Assembly: GCA_002269645.1 (NCBI GenBank)
Contig: NIVC01000487.1
Span: forward strand, 186,001-250,000
Source: Macrostomum lignano
Taxonomy: Eukaryota
Length of the DNA stretch: 64,000 nt
Direction of reading: 5' to 3'
The notes beneath the pieces are model-generated. The model had not been told where the DNA came from. It did no database searches and saw nothing but the letters and a program-made list of their open reading frames with translations. A program made the translations under genes and the position numbers. Below, one piece after another: positions 12,787 through 25,974 of the stretch (position 1 is its first letter; each line of letters opens with the position of its first letter).

Positions 12787-13189
12787 AGCTGAGTGTGTAG
12801 CTGAGTGTGTAGCTGAGTGTGTAGCTGAGTATCTAGCTGAGTGTGTAGCTGAGTGTGTAGCTGAGTGTGTAGCTGAGTGTGTAGCTGAGTGTGTAGCTGA
12901 GTGTGTAGCTGAGTATCTAGCTGAGTGTGTAGCTGAGTGTGTAGCTGAGTGTGTAGCTGAGTGTGTAGCTGAGTGTGTAGCTGAGTGTGTAGCTGAGTGT
13001 GTAGCTGAGTGTGTAGCTGAGTGTGTAGCTGAGTGTGTAGCTGAGTGTGTAGCTGAGTGTGTAGCTGAGTGTGTAGCTGAGTGTGTAGCTGAGTGTGTAG
13101 CTGAGTGTGTAGCTGAGTGTGTAGCTGAGTGTGTAGCTGAGTGTGTAGCTGAGTGTGTAGCTGAGTGTGTAGCTGAGTGTGTAGCTGAG
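12787..13189. repeat. 12-bp tandem array (GCTGAGTGTGTA)n between convergent TnT and pseudokinase 3' ends
   Basis: Direct reading. Confidence 0.95.
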
Positions 13190-13346
13190 GTTATAACACG
13201 CTCTAGCTGGGTGTGGGAGTTTCTCCCTCAAATCTATCTGACGCTTAAATCAAGCTGATTAGGAAAATGGTCATAACCATTTATGGAAATGTTAGCGTGC
13301 TGCAGAAGGTTGTGAGGCCAAGTGTAATAAATACTGAGCCGAGAAC

Positions 13347-16300
13347 TTAAGCATCCGAATGCGGTCTGAGCTGCTGCTGCAGCTGCTGCCGGTGCTCTTG
13401 AAAAAACTGTCTGTACTGAAGAGGCTGTTGCTGCTGATGAGGTGCAGATGAGGTAGTTGTCGGCGGTGGCGGCGGTGCAAACCTAACGGGCCTGGGCGGC
13501 CTCAGCTGCTGCTGCTGCTGCGGCAAACTCGAAGCCACTGCCGTGTGCCCGGCGCCCCACCGGGCCAAGCTGAATCCGCTCTCAGACTGTCCCAGGCCGA
13601 TGCCGCTGTCGTGCGAACCAATTGGCTCGGCCTGCTGTTGCTGCTGCTGCTGCGGAGGCGGCGGCGGAGGCAGCGGCAGAGGAAGCTGCTGATGCGGCTG
13701 CTGGACAAGCAGCTGTTCGAAGTTCGCTCGCGCCGTCGCCAGCTGCTCAGCTGATTCCGTCGCTTGGCGCCGACGCAGCGCCGCCTCCTGGCGCCAGCGG
13801 CGCGCCTCGGCCTCAGCGTCGGCCAGGCGGAGCTCGCAGGCCTCCAGGCGGAGCCGCAGCTGCTGACCGGCCAGCCGCTCGGACTGATAGCGGGCCCGCA
13901 GCTGACGAGCCTGGCTGAGGAGCCGCTCGTACCGCCCGTCTCCGCCGCCACCGCCGCCGCCGCCGCTGCCGCCGCAGAAGTCGCCATAGTCGTCATCGAA
14001 GCCGTTGCTGCCGGTGAGCTGCGAGTTCATCGAGGTCATAGAATCTGCGCCGGGGATGTACTCCAGAACCTGCGTGCAGAGGAAGACAGGCATTGATCCC
14101 TCTCCCCTCAGATGGGTAAATAAATATTCGCAGAAGGGCTGCGGGCATCCTGGAGCAACCCTTTCAACGACATCGTATGAATACCACAGCCAGCGCTGAA
14201 GGCAACTCTGAAGACAGCCCTGACTTTCTAATCGTTAGGCATGTACACTCTCTGTGATTTTGAGGTTGGCGCCCTGATGGCTGTGAATCGCACGAAAACC
14301 CCCAGGCCAAGTTTAGTGCAAAAGCTATAAGATTAGATGCGTCCGCGCACGGATTCGAACCCTTGGCTCCCCGCGGAGATTGAGTTATTGCCTTGAAAAG
14401 CTAAGGATCCCTGAGAATGCATGTAAGATTCAATAAATCCAACGAAAAAATAAAAAACTGAGTTCTTGAAAACCGCGATCTCCAGGTTCCGTTACCCGGA
14501 TAGAACGTCGCAAAAGCAAAAGACAAATTACTTGGCATTTGGCTAAAATTCGAACCCCCACCTGGCCCAGTCGACCCGTTCGCCCGTACGACAATCCGGG
14601 CGAAGTCAGCCGGGCGGGCAGCTGGGCGCCGACAATTTCGTGGTCGCTCTGCGATCTCGGCATCATTGACATTCCGCCCGCCACCGCTGATGCAGCCGCA
14701 GGCGCCGCCGCCGACGCCACTGGCGACATTCCGGCAGTCGGCGTCGGAGTCGCTGACGGAGACAGAGTTGCGGAGGCTTCGACGTTGCCCGCGCCGCTGC
14801 TGCCGCCGCTGCCGCCGCCGCCGCCGCCGCCGCCGCTGCGAGAGCCTCGCCAGAACAGATGCCGCAAGCCACTGCCGCCGCGTCGCTTCGATGTCTCCGA
14901 CGTCGACGCTGCTGGGTTAGTTGACGACGCTGACGCTGCCGACTCGCTTTGATGTCCGGCAACGGCGTCGGCTGTCTGCGAGCGCGGCAGGTTGGTCGAT
15001 TTCCATTTCTTGGAGCGGAAAAACAGACGCCGCTTTTTGTCCTTCGGCTTGGCCGCCTCGCCCGCCGAGGCTGCGCCTGCGGCTGCCGACGCCGAGAGCC
15101 CCGCCGATGCGTTGCGGCTGCCGATGCTGTCCGCTGAGGAGCAGGTCGGCAGCTGGTTCGACGACGGACTGGGCGACGGCAGGCCGGAGCTGCTGAATGG
15201 CGCGCCAAGACTGCTGTAGGTTGTTGCCGGGCCTGAAGGTAAGGGAGAGCACCGGGTGTGTCTGTCCCGATGTGTCTGTCCCGATGTGTCTGTCCCGATG
15301 TGTCTGTCCCGATGTGTCTGTCCCGATGTGTCTGTCCCGATGTGTCTGTCCCGATGTGTCTGTCCCGATGTGTCTGTCCCGATGTGTCTGTCCCGATGTG
15401 TCTGTCCCGATGTGTCTGTCCCGATGTGTCTGTCCCGATGTGTCTGTCCCGATGTGTCTGTCCCGATGTGTCTGTCCCGATGTGTCTGTCCCGATGTGTC
15501 TGTCCCGATGTGTCTGTCCCGATGTGTCTGTCCCGATGTGTCTGTCCCGATGTGTCTGTCCCGATGTGTCTGTCCCGATGTGTCTGTCCCGATGTGTCTG
15601 TCCCGATGTGTCTGTCCCGATGTGTCTGTCCCGATGTGTCTGTCCCGATGTGTCTGTCCCGATGTGTCTGTCCCGATGTGTCTGTCCCGATGTGTCTGTC
15701 CCGATGTGTCTGTCCCGATGTGTCTGTCCCGATGTGTCTGTCCCGATGTGTCTGTCCCGATGTGTCTGTCCCGATGTGTCTGTCCCGATGTGTCTGTCCC
15801 GATGTGTCTGTCCCGATGTGTCTGTCCCGATGTGTCTGTCCCGATGTGTCTGTCCCGATGTGTCTGTCCCGATGTGTCTGTCCCGATGTGTCTGTCCCGG
15901 TGTGTCTTTTTTTAATGTGTCTAACTGTCTGTTCCAGTTCGTCCGCCCTGATGTGTCTTTTTGTTGTGTCTGACCCAATGTGTCTGTCCTGATGTGTCGT
16001 TACATATGAATTAGTTATATATTTCAATTCCTCATCTTGTTTATTTGCAACACTTGCTACTCACATCCAGTGTGGTCAGTAGTACAAATCAGCTGCTAGG
16101 TAGCCAAACTGACTCACCATATTTGTCTCCGTAGAGGCGGCTGCGCAGGTCCATCAGGCTGCGCAGCTGCTTGCACAGCTCGCTGGCCGAGATGCGCAGC
16201 TGGGGCACCTGAAGTTTGGGGGAACAAAAATAGAATGGTTATCTTCACTAGGCCCCAGATCGAATGCAATCATTGATTTTGTGATTTAAAGGGGACTTTT

Positions 16301-19300
16301 CTTATCTCAGCAGTGTATTTTTTCAGGAAATTCGCCCCCTAAGAACTACACTATCCTTGAGTTTTGCGACCTGTTATGCTACAGTGGTCCTTGGTCCCAC
16401 TGTTTCCTTAAATGTTCTCCCCCTTAGTGGCATTTTAAGTGAGTCTCCAGTCCAGATGCTTTACTGAGCTAGTAGTCCCTGGCTTGGGATAACTGCTCTA
16501 GCTACTCAACACTAATTATGAGCCTCACCTCGTACAGGCAGGACCGCACCAGGTGTTCCAGCGAGCCGGCCAGCTCCCTGGGCAGCAGGCCGCAGCCCAG
16601 GCTGAGACCTTCCTCAGCCAGCAGGTCCCGGCGCCGCTGCCTGCCGCCGCTGCCGCCGCCGCCGATGGTGAAGGCCGACCAGAGCAGCAGGCCGAACGCC
16701 CAGATGTCGGCCGCGGAAGTCGCCACCGAGGCCGACGCCGCGTCGGCCGCCGCCGACTCCGGGCAGGCCGGACTCACCCGGCAGCAGCGGCGCCACAGCA
16801 ACTGCACCTGAGGCGGCGGCTCGGAGGACTCAAATCTGGCGAATAACAGGCCGCCCAGCTTCACTGTGAACCGGTCTGTGCGCTCCATCAGGCAGTTCTC
16901 TAGCGTCTGGGAGGAAGGTAAAATACTCTAGCGAGATTTTTTTAATACACCTTCCCCAATGGCCAGATGTGCAACCGACAGCTCAGCCGCAGCTATTGCG
17001 CGGCGCATCTGAAGGCTGCGTACGGCTGTTCAGTCCAAGGACTGGGGGGGGGGTCGCCACACACAGCCTCAATTACCCCAGCTAATGCTGGCACCCATTT
17101 TACAGCTGGGTGAACTGAAGCAATGCAGAGAGTTAAGTGTCTTGCTTAAGGACACAAATTGTTCCGAGTGGGTCGGGAATCGAACCCATGACCTTTCAGT
17201 AACCAAGGCACAGAGAGTGCATGTGCTCAGGACTCAGGAGGGAATGGCCAGAATTGCCGTTGTGGCAGGATGCCAGGCTCTGGCCAGGCCACTCACCAAG
17301 TCGCAGTGCAGGACGCCCTTCCTGTGCAGGTAGGCCAGCCCGGCCGCCGCCTGATGCGCCAGGCTCACCAGGATCTCCCAATCGTGCAGGAGGCGGTCGC
17401 CTTGCCGCAGCAAAAACTGTCGCAGGTTGCCGCAGTTGACGTGCTCAACCACCAGGGTGTAGCGGCTCTGGCTGGGCAAGTACAGGCCCAGAAGGCGGAG
17501 CACGTTTGCATGGTCCAGGCGCCTGGGATGATTGGGGATTTTCGGAGGGAAATTTATAAGAGTTTGCCAGTTTTTTGGGTCTAATCCTGAATTCTAATGG
17601 CTGGCTAATCTGTACATTTAATTTCTGTCTAATCTATGGATCTAATGGCTGTCTAATCTTTATATCTAATGGCTGTCTAATCTATAGACCTAATAGCTGT
17701 CTAATCTATAGATCTAATGGCTGTCTAATCTATGGATCTATTGGCTGTCTAATCTATAGATCTAATAGCTGTCTAATCTATATAGCTAATAGCTGTCTAA
17801 TCTATATATCTAATGGCTGTCTAATCTATAGACCTAATAGCTGTCTAATCTATAGATCTAATGGCTGTCTAATCTATAGATCTAATGGCTGGCTAATCTA
17901 TAGACCTAATAGCTGTCTAATCTATATATCTAATGGCTGTCTAATCTATAGATTTAATGGCTGTCTAATCTATAGATCTAATGGCTGTCTAATCTATAGA
18001 TCTAATGGCTGTCTAATCTATATACCTAATGGCTGTCTAATCTATGATCTAATAGCTGTCTAACCTATAGATCTAATGGCTGTCTAATCTATAGATCTAA
18101 TGGCTGGCTAATCTATAGACCTAATAGCTGTCTAATCTATATATCTAATGGCTGTCTAATCTATAGATTTAATGGCTGTCTAATCTATAGATTTAATGGC
18201 TGTCTAATCTATAGATCTAATGGCTGTCTAATCTATAGATCTAATGGCTGTCTAATCTATATACCTAATGGCTGTCTAATCTATGATCTAATAGCTGTCT
18301 AACCTATAGACCTAATGGCTGTCTAATCTATAGATCTAATGGCTGTCTAATCTATATAATTTTGTTATGTAATTCCAATCCAATCTCATAATGAAGTGAG
18401 AATCTTGAAGCATGATAGTCTCTAAGCATGAGAATCGAAGCATGAGAAAGCATGAGAATCTAAGCATGAGAATCTAAGCATGAGAATCTAAGCATAATTA
18501 TCCAAGCATGATAGGTGATATCCGGATATCCATTTGTCTAAAAATATTTAAAATATTTTCTCACTTACATAAGAATGAACGCCTCATTCCTCAAGCAGGC
18601 GGTAATGTCGCTGGAGTTGTGCCTCCGGGTCACCGCAGTCACAGCCTCCGATCCGTAGCGACCTTGATGAAACGTCTGAAAAAATGGCGGAAGAATTTTG
18701 ACTTAAAAAATTCTTTCTTAGGAAAAATAAGAAGTCCGTTTTTTGCCCACCGATGACACACGCAAGAACCCGTGGGATTCTTCCATGCATGTAACCTTGC
18801 GTGTTTCTAGATTTCAACCGGCCCCCAGACGCGGGCGCGCCATCTGCTGGAGACCGCGGCTTCGGCAATGTGCTTTTCTATTTTTTCTCTGTTTGAAAGC
18901 AGCCGTTCGAGTGATTGATTGGGGCAGGTGCCACTGGGCGCGTCTACTTGTGCCTCATCGTGTGGGATACTAATGACTTTACAAAATAGTTGGCTGTTTG
19001 GTTTCAACTGGCATGGCCATGACTGGTCTCTCCATGTGCAGGCTTGATGTCGGCTTGGGTGAGATTTGAATGGCCAGTGTCCTCTTGTACAGCTGTGTAG
19101 ATGCGTGGGTTCTATTGTACAGCTGTGTAGATGCGTGGGTTCTATTGTACAGCTGTGTAGATGCGTGGGTTCTATTGTACAGCTGTGTAGATGCGTGGAT
19201 TCTATTGTACAGCTGTGTAGATGCGTGGGTTCTATTGTACAGGTGTGTAGAAGCGTGGGTTCTATTGTAAAGCTGTGTAGATGCGTGAATTCTATTGTAA

Positions 19301-22300
19301 AGCTGTGTAGATGCGTGAATTCTATTGTACAGCTGTGTAGATGCGTGAATTCTATTGTAAAGCTGTGTAGATGCGTGAATTCTATTGTACAGCTGTGCAG
19401 ATGCGTGAATTCTATTGTACAGCTGTGTAGATGCGTGAATTCTATTGTAAAGCTGTGTAGATGCGTGGGTTCTATTGTACAGGTGTGTAGATGCGTGGGT
19501 TCTATTGTACAGGTGTGTAGATGCGTGGGTTCTATTGTACAGCTGTGTAGATGCGTGGGTTCTATTGTACAGCTGTGTAGATCGGTGGGTTCTATTGTAC
19601 AGCTGTGTAGATCGATGGGTTCTATTGTACAGCTGTGTAGATGCGTGGATTCTATTGTACAGCTGTGTAGATGCGTGGATTCTATTGTACAGGTTTGTAG
19701 ATGCGTGGGTTCTATTGTACAGCTGTGTAGATGCGTGGATTCTATTGTACAGCTGTGTAGATGCGTGGATTCTATTGTACAGGTGTGTAGATGCGTGGGT
19801 TCTATTGTACAGCTGTGTAGATCGGTGGGTTGTATTGTACAGCTGTGTAGATCGGTGGGTTCTATTGTACAGCTGTGTAGATCGGTGGGTTCTATTGTAC
19901 GCTGTGTAGATGCGTGGGTTCTATTGTACAGCTGTGTAGATCGGTGGGTTCTATTGTACAGCTGTGTAGATCCGCTATGCTAAATACTGTAAGCAAAGTT
20001 GTAAACTGGATGGAAAACTCAGTAAGCGCTGCTGCTTACTAGCCCAGCCTCTTTGAGTTCCGGCGTTAAAATTAATAATTAATTAGATTCCTTATAAAAC
20101 AAAGTCCCATAAATGTTTATCCCCGTTGGCGTACGCTCGTAGAGACAATTCTATTAAATGTATTTTATTTTCTAGTGTGGCTGGCCATCTGGCCATCAGT
20201 CGTTTACTTTGACGTTTGAATAATATGTGCTGAGCTGCTAGGGTTTTGAGAATGATTTTATTGAATTTGATATTATTACTGGACTCAACTGACTGATAGG
20301 AACTTATAGACCGGAAGTGAGCGCATTAGACCCGATTTATCGACCGGAAGTGAGTATATTAAACCCGATTGATAGACCGGAAGTGAGCGCATTAGACCCG
20401 ATTGATAGACCGGAAGTGAGTGTATTAAACCCGATTGATAGACCGGAAGTGAGCGCATTAGACCCGATTGATAGACCGGAAGTGAGCGTATTAAACCCGA
20501 TTGATAGACCGGAAGTGAGTGTATTAAACCCGATTGATAGACCGGAAGTGAGCGTATTGAACCCGATTGATAGACCGGAAGTGAGTGTATTAAACCCGAT
20601 TGATAGACCGGAAGAGTGTATTAGACCCGATTGATAGACCGGAAGTGAGCGCATTAGACCCGGTTGATAGACCGGAAGTGAGTGTATTAAACCTGATTGA
20701 AAGACCGGAAGAGTGTATTAGACCCGATTGATAGACCGGAAGTGAGTGTATTAAACCTGATTGAAAGACCGGAAGAGTGTATTAGACCCGATTGATAGAC
20801 CGGAAGTGAGCGCATTAGACCCGATTGATAGACCGGAAGTGAGCGCATTAGACCCGATTGATAGACCGGAAGTGAGTGTATTAAACCTGATTGAAAGACC
20901 GGAAGAGTGTATTAGACCCGATTGATAGACCGGAAGTGAGCGCATTACACTGAATCGACCGATCGGAAATGCAAACATGAGGCCCCGTGGACAGAAACAA
21001 CGTCTCACCGTCAGCTGCGACTCTGTGCCGTCGGTGCACTCGGAGCCCAACTCGATGTCGTCCACTGGCAGCCGCAGGAAAGCTTCAACGTCTGCGGAGC
21101 CGGGGTGTCCCGCCAACAGCTGCCCGAGACTGCGGCAGGCTCGGTAACTGTCAATCATTTGTCGGACGCTAGCGAATTTCTCGTGGCGGAGCACGTAGCA
21201 CTGGCCGTCGTCATCGCGGTGAATCCACAGGTGCTTCACGGTTGAGTCGCTTCTGCAGAAGTGAAGGAGAAGGAGGCTTTTTGAAGAGGTCCAGTTTCAG
21301 AAGACTTTTGAAGAGGTCCAGTTTCAAGATCATTTTGAAGACGTCCAGTCTCAAAATCATTTTGAAGAGGTCCAGTTTTAAAAGCATTTTGAAGAGGTCC
21401 AGTTTCACAAGATTTTTGAAGAGGTCCAGTCTCAAAAGCATTTTGAAGAGGTCCAGTCTCAAAAGCATTTTGAAGAGGTCCAGTTCGAGCACATTTTGAA
21501 ATTATAACCGCCATCCTGTTCTGTAAGTTCGGTTCTGGGACGCATCAGCTACCGATAGGAAAGAAAGCGAGATTCTGCATCATTTTCCCACTTGGTCATT
21601 TTTCCTGCCAATTTTAGCGAATTCTTAAGTGGCTGCCGCAATGGCGGTCAGTTTGGGTAGAGGAGCACCGGCACACTGTGTACCTGCTTTTGCTGACCAA
21701 CCTCTCTTCATTGCAGGATACGGAAGTTCGGGGCATCCCAGCGGGTGGTGCGACATGAAGACAGCAGCCTCTTTAGCCAACCGGTGCCTGTGGTTTCCCG
21801 TCAACTGTGGTTTAGCTTAGGAAAAGCGGGACACTGGTAGCTAGCTAATTAGCATAATTAATGCGAATTCCAGGCCCACATGTGCAGGCCGCCGAGCTGT
21901 CAGTCAGGCGGTAGCTGCATTTGGTGCAATAAATTGGCGATGTTGCACAACATATACAAGGTTCAAGTCGCTACAGATGATGAGGACCCGCTGAAGTTTC
22001 CTGTAACTGAATGCACAGTTTTATGCTAAATCCCCTCGTTAAATAATCTCCTAGCTAGATAATTCCCTAGCTAGATAATCCCCTAGCTAGATAACCCCCA
22101 AGCTGGATAATCCTCTAGACAATCCTCTAGCTAGATAATCCCCAAGCTAGATAATCCCCAAGCTAGATAATCCCAAGCTAGATAATCCTCAAGCTAGATA
22201 ATCCCCTAGCTAGAAAATCCCCAAGCTAGATAATCCCCAAGCTAGATAATCCCCTAGCTGAAAAAATCCCCAAGCTAGACAATCACTAGCTAGATAACCC

Positions 22301-22966
22301 TTTCGATAGATAATCCCCAAGCTAGATAATCCTTTAGATAGATAATCCCCAAGCTATATGATCCCCAAGCTATATAATCCCCAAGCTAGATAATCTCCAA
22401 GCTAGATAATCCCCAAGCTAGATAATCCCCTAGCTAGATAATCCCCTAGCTAGATAATCCCCTAGCTATTAATCCCCTAGCTAGATAATCCACTAGCTAG
22501 ATAATCCTTTCGATAGATAATCCCCAAACTAGATAATCCGATAGCTAGACAATTCCCTATGTAGATAATCCCCAAGCTAGATAATCCCCTAGCTAGATAA
22601 TCCCCTAGCTAGATAATCCCCTAGCTAGATAATCCCCTAGCTAGATAATCCCCTAGCTAGATAATCCCCTAGCTAGATAATCCCCTAGCTAGATAATCCC
22701 CTAGCTAGATAATCCCCTAGCTAGATAATCCTTTGGATAGACAATCCCCTATCTAGCTAATCCATAGCTAGACAATCCCATACATTATTCGAACTGCAGC
22801 CAAATCCCCGGATCAGCAGCCGCCGCACTCACACAAAGGACAGGGCCAGCCTGCGCTTGAAGCTGCGCACCAGGAAGCTGCCCTCCGGCATCGGGCCCAG
22901 CACCGCCGTGGCCAGCAGTGGCGCCATTTCCTGAAAGAACCAGGCCTCCTCCCGGATGTCTGGCAT
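13347..22966 (-). CDS. SH2 domain + tyrosine-kinase-fold (pseudo)kinase with low-complexity/coiled-coil tail, ~857 aa; complement(join(13347..14069,14562..15232,16118..16208,16529..16906,17297..17522,18569..18675,21009..21252,22833..22966))
   Basis: All introns are GT-AG and in phase (2574 nt). SH2: AWFFQEM...EGSFLVRS...LALSFV...VKHLWIHR...[12 protein letters not shown]. Kinase: [66 protein letters not shown]. The N-terminus may extend upstream (AG acceptor ~22 nt before the ATG). Confidence 0.85.
15255..15900. repeat. 14-bp near-perfect array (GTGTCTGTCCCGAT)n
   Basis: Direct reading; intron 6 of the pseudokinase. Confidence 0.95.
16960..17205 (-). mobile_element. tRNA-derived CORE-like SINE, 5'-truncated copy
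   Basis: On the minus strand, B-box GGTTCGATTCC is followed by TGTGTCCTTAAGCAAGACACTTAAC...CAGCTGTAAAATGGG, which resembles the MIR/CORE core. Near-identical to 37511-37787. Confidence 0.75.
17590..18355. repeat. 24-bp array (TCTAATGGCTGTCTAATCTATAGA)n
   Basis: Direct reading; pseudokinase intron 3. Confidence 0.95.
18405..18495. repeat. 14-bp array (AAGCATGAGAATCT)n
   Basis: Direct reading. Confidence 0.85.
19085..19975. repeat. 30-bp array (TCTATTGTACAGCTGTGTAGATGCGTGGGT)n
   Basis: Direct reading; pseudokinase intron 2. Confidence 0.95.
20303..20945. repeat. 33-bp array (GACCGGAAGTGAGCGCATTAGACCCGATTGATA)n
   Basis: Direct reading; pseudokinase intron 2. Confidence 0.95.
21277..21485. 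repeat. 27-bp array (TTTTGAAGAGGTCCAGTCTCAAAAGCA)n
   Basis: Direct reading; pseudokinase intron 1. Confidence 0.9.
22045..22780. repeat. 16-bp array (ATAATCCCCTAGCTAG)n
   Basis: Direct reading; pseudokinase intron 1. Confidence 0.95.
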
Positions 22967-23284
22967 TCGAAATTTGGCTGGATCGTATCTTTCAAAGTGA
23001 ACAAAACAGAGATAGCGAAGAAGGGCGCCGGGTGATGAGGGAGAATCAGTTAGATTAGTTGCTAGGTGGCGCTGTCTCCTGGCGCATTGTTCCCGAGTTT
23101 GCTGCTGTCAACTGCGCTCCGGTGATGGCCACGAATTGGCTGTCCCTGGATTGGAATGAGAGATTGGTGATTAGTAGTGTCACGGTATGATAAAACTTGT
23201 GTATCGATAATTGTTGATAAATTATGCATCATGAAACCAAAAAATTGGATGGAAAAAGCTGCATTAGCAAATGATTCAGTAAGT

Positions 23285-23439
23285 CAGTCAGTTAATCAAT
23301 CAATCAATCAGTCAATCAAACAATCATTCAATCGATCGATCAATCAATCGATATTTGGTGATCAATCAATCAATCAATGAATCAATCAATGAATCAATCA
23401 ATCAATCAATGAATCAATCAATGAATCAATCAATCAATT

Positions 23440-23509
<70 letters not shown>

Positions 23510-23527
23510 CCAACCAATCAATCAATT

Positions 23528-23594
<67 letters not shown>

Positions 23595-23726
23595 TAATTA
23601 ATTAATTAATTAATCAATCAAGCAATCAATCAACCAATTAATAAATCATTCAATCAATCAATCAATCAATTAATAAATCATTCAACCAATCAATCAATCA
23701 TTCAATCAATCATTCAATCAATCAAT

Positions 23727-23758
<32 letters not shown>

Positions 23759-23836
23759 TAATTAATTAATTAATTAATTAATCAATCAATCAATCAATCA
23801 ACCAATCAATCAAACAATCAATCAATCAATCAAACA

Positions 23837-23871
<35 letters not shown>

Positions 23872-23985
23872 TAATTAATCAATCAATCAATCAATCAACC
23901 AATCTATAAACCAATCAATCAATCAAACAATCAATCAATCAATCAAACAAATCAATCAATCAATCAATCAACCAACCAACCAACA
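23285..23985. repeat. (AATC)n microsatellite with (AATT) patches
   Basis: Direct reading. Confidence 0.95.
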
Positions 23986-24677
23986 GGGATACTCAATTCT
24001 CAACTTTCTCCCACTATGCTGGCCCCTCTCTAACATCCCAAAATGTCAGTTAAACTGCAGTTTGCAGCTGAGCGCCGCACCACCATCGCAGCACACAATG
24101 GCATGACTGAAGTTCCTCTCCCAACTCAAACTGACCCCATCGATCAAGGGTCTAACAGCCAAAAAATGAACCGAAATTAGCCCCAAAGCCTCAGCCCTCC
24201 TGCGGTCAGATACTGACAGACATGCTCGAACTTTTGGTTTGACACAGGCCCCCCAGGCTGGCCGCCACCCGCTGGTCGAGTAAATATTTATCGGCGGTCG
24301 CTAAGCCCCGCCTCGTGCGCGAAAAAACCGCACAAGGTCGCACAAGTGGCCGCTATTTGGCCCCTGAAAATAATTATCTTAAACCGGCACTTCAGTGGCT
24401 GGGGGCATATCAGGTCGAACTAGATGGTATTTTTAAAGATATCTTAGGAATTCCCAGGCCACGAAGTGTATAGCTATGGATTGAAGCTGATTGACAAGGA
24501 CAGGCGGGAGGTGTCGGTTTCGCACCTGCACTCTCTCTAGTTGAGCATTGTGCAATAGGGAATTGGTTGCTATGCGCAAAAACTATCCCCTTCTGGGGCA
24601 TAATGATACTTTATACATTTCTAAGCTCTGCAGTCTTGACCACCTCTCTGCAATTTGAATCGGTCACCTCTCTCGTC

Positions 24678-25030
24678 TAGCACTCTCTCCCTCTCTCCCT
24701 CTCTCTCTCCCTCTCTCCCACTCTCCCTCTCTCCTTCTCTCCCTCTCTCCCTCTCTCCCCCTCTCTCCCCTCTCTCCCACTCTCCCTCTCTCCTTCTCTC
24801 CCTCTCTCCCTCTCTCCCCCTCTCTCTCCCTCTCTCCCTCTCTCCTTCTCTCACTCTCTCCCTCTCTCCCTGTCCCCTTCTCTCCCTCCCTCTCTCTCTC
24901 CCTCTCTTCCTCTCTCCCTCTTTCCCTCTCTCCCCCCTCTCTCTCTTTCTCTCCCTCCTTCTCTCCTTGTCTCTCTCTCTCCCTCTCTTCTCTCTCCTCT
25001 CTCCTCTCAACCTCTCGCCCTCTCTCCAGC
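24678..25030. repeat. Degenerate CT-rich polypyrimidine microsatellite
   Basis: Direct reading. Confidence 0.95.
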
Positions 25031-25974
25031 CCCTTCTTTTCTATTCTCTCTCCTCCATCACTTGGTTTTTTTCTTTATCCTTCATCTTTATCTACTCACA
25101 TTTTGCAGTCAGCTTGAGTCTATCAATGATACAGTAACAGCTAGTCATCAAGAATAAAAGCACCGAAAAGTCTTGCTCTGCAGACACGCTAGACTGTATG
25201 CTCAGTCTCAGATCTGGCACGAACCGTCGCGCAATATGAGCTATAGACCCCCCCCCGAATAGGTAAGTAAATTAATTCGAGTTTTACTGCTCGATTTTAC
25301 CGCACCCACGCGCTGAATGCTGATGCCGATCTTCCAAGACATCATTCGCAAGCAAAACCGGATGACGAATAAAAACATTTCTAAGTTCAAAATATGATAT
25401 AGCTGAATATAGTTGCTATGCGATTAAAATCTGGGTAGCCGAAGGCCAAATTCAAGCAGTCCTTGAGAAAGAATCTGGAGCGGTCAGGTCCACTGATCAA
25501 ATAAATGAGCTGCTCCTTTGCAATCCTTTCTGTCAAATGAAACTCTAATCCAGTTGTCTAGCTTCAGACGTCCTTGGCCGATTCCTGATCGGATCCCTAA
25601 GCCAGATCTGTCCGTCCCAGTTTTGTTGAAGAACAAAAATTTTTTTTCGAGGTGCGGGTCGGCCCCGGCTGAAGCAATAAAACTGCATTTTTTTCTCTCT
25701 TTCTGGACAACCCGGCGGAGATCGTAAAACTTCAGGAGGTCAACGGGGCTTATCTGATCTCGGCGCCCGTCGTGGAGACAGCAAAGACTCGCCCTGCCTC
25801 CACCCTCCAAAGCGGAGATTTTTTAAACAAGATTTGCAACAATATTTATGCCATCTGTATAGTCCGGCTGTAGTCTGACTCACACTGTTGCGGTGCCTGC
25901 AGCTCCTGGACACCGGTTTCAGAGGGCCTGACAACAACCGCTCTGTTGTTTCTGACAGGCACTGAATGGTCACT

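Noticed and set aside
14335-14405. tRNA-like GGTTCGAATCC on the minus strand
   Set aside because: Only a T-loop/B-box is recognisable and no full cloverleaf forms; probably a SINE or tRNA relic.
14663-16027. 454-aa and 353-aa ORFs ([14 protein letters not shown] repeats)
   Set aside because: A 14-bp array fused to off-frame readings of a real exon.
23285-23985. (AATC)n as a telomeric or interstitial telomere repeat
   Set aside because: Does not match TTAGGG-type repeats; an ordinary microsatellite.
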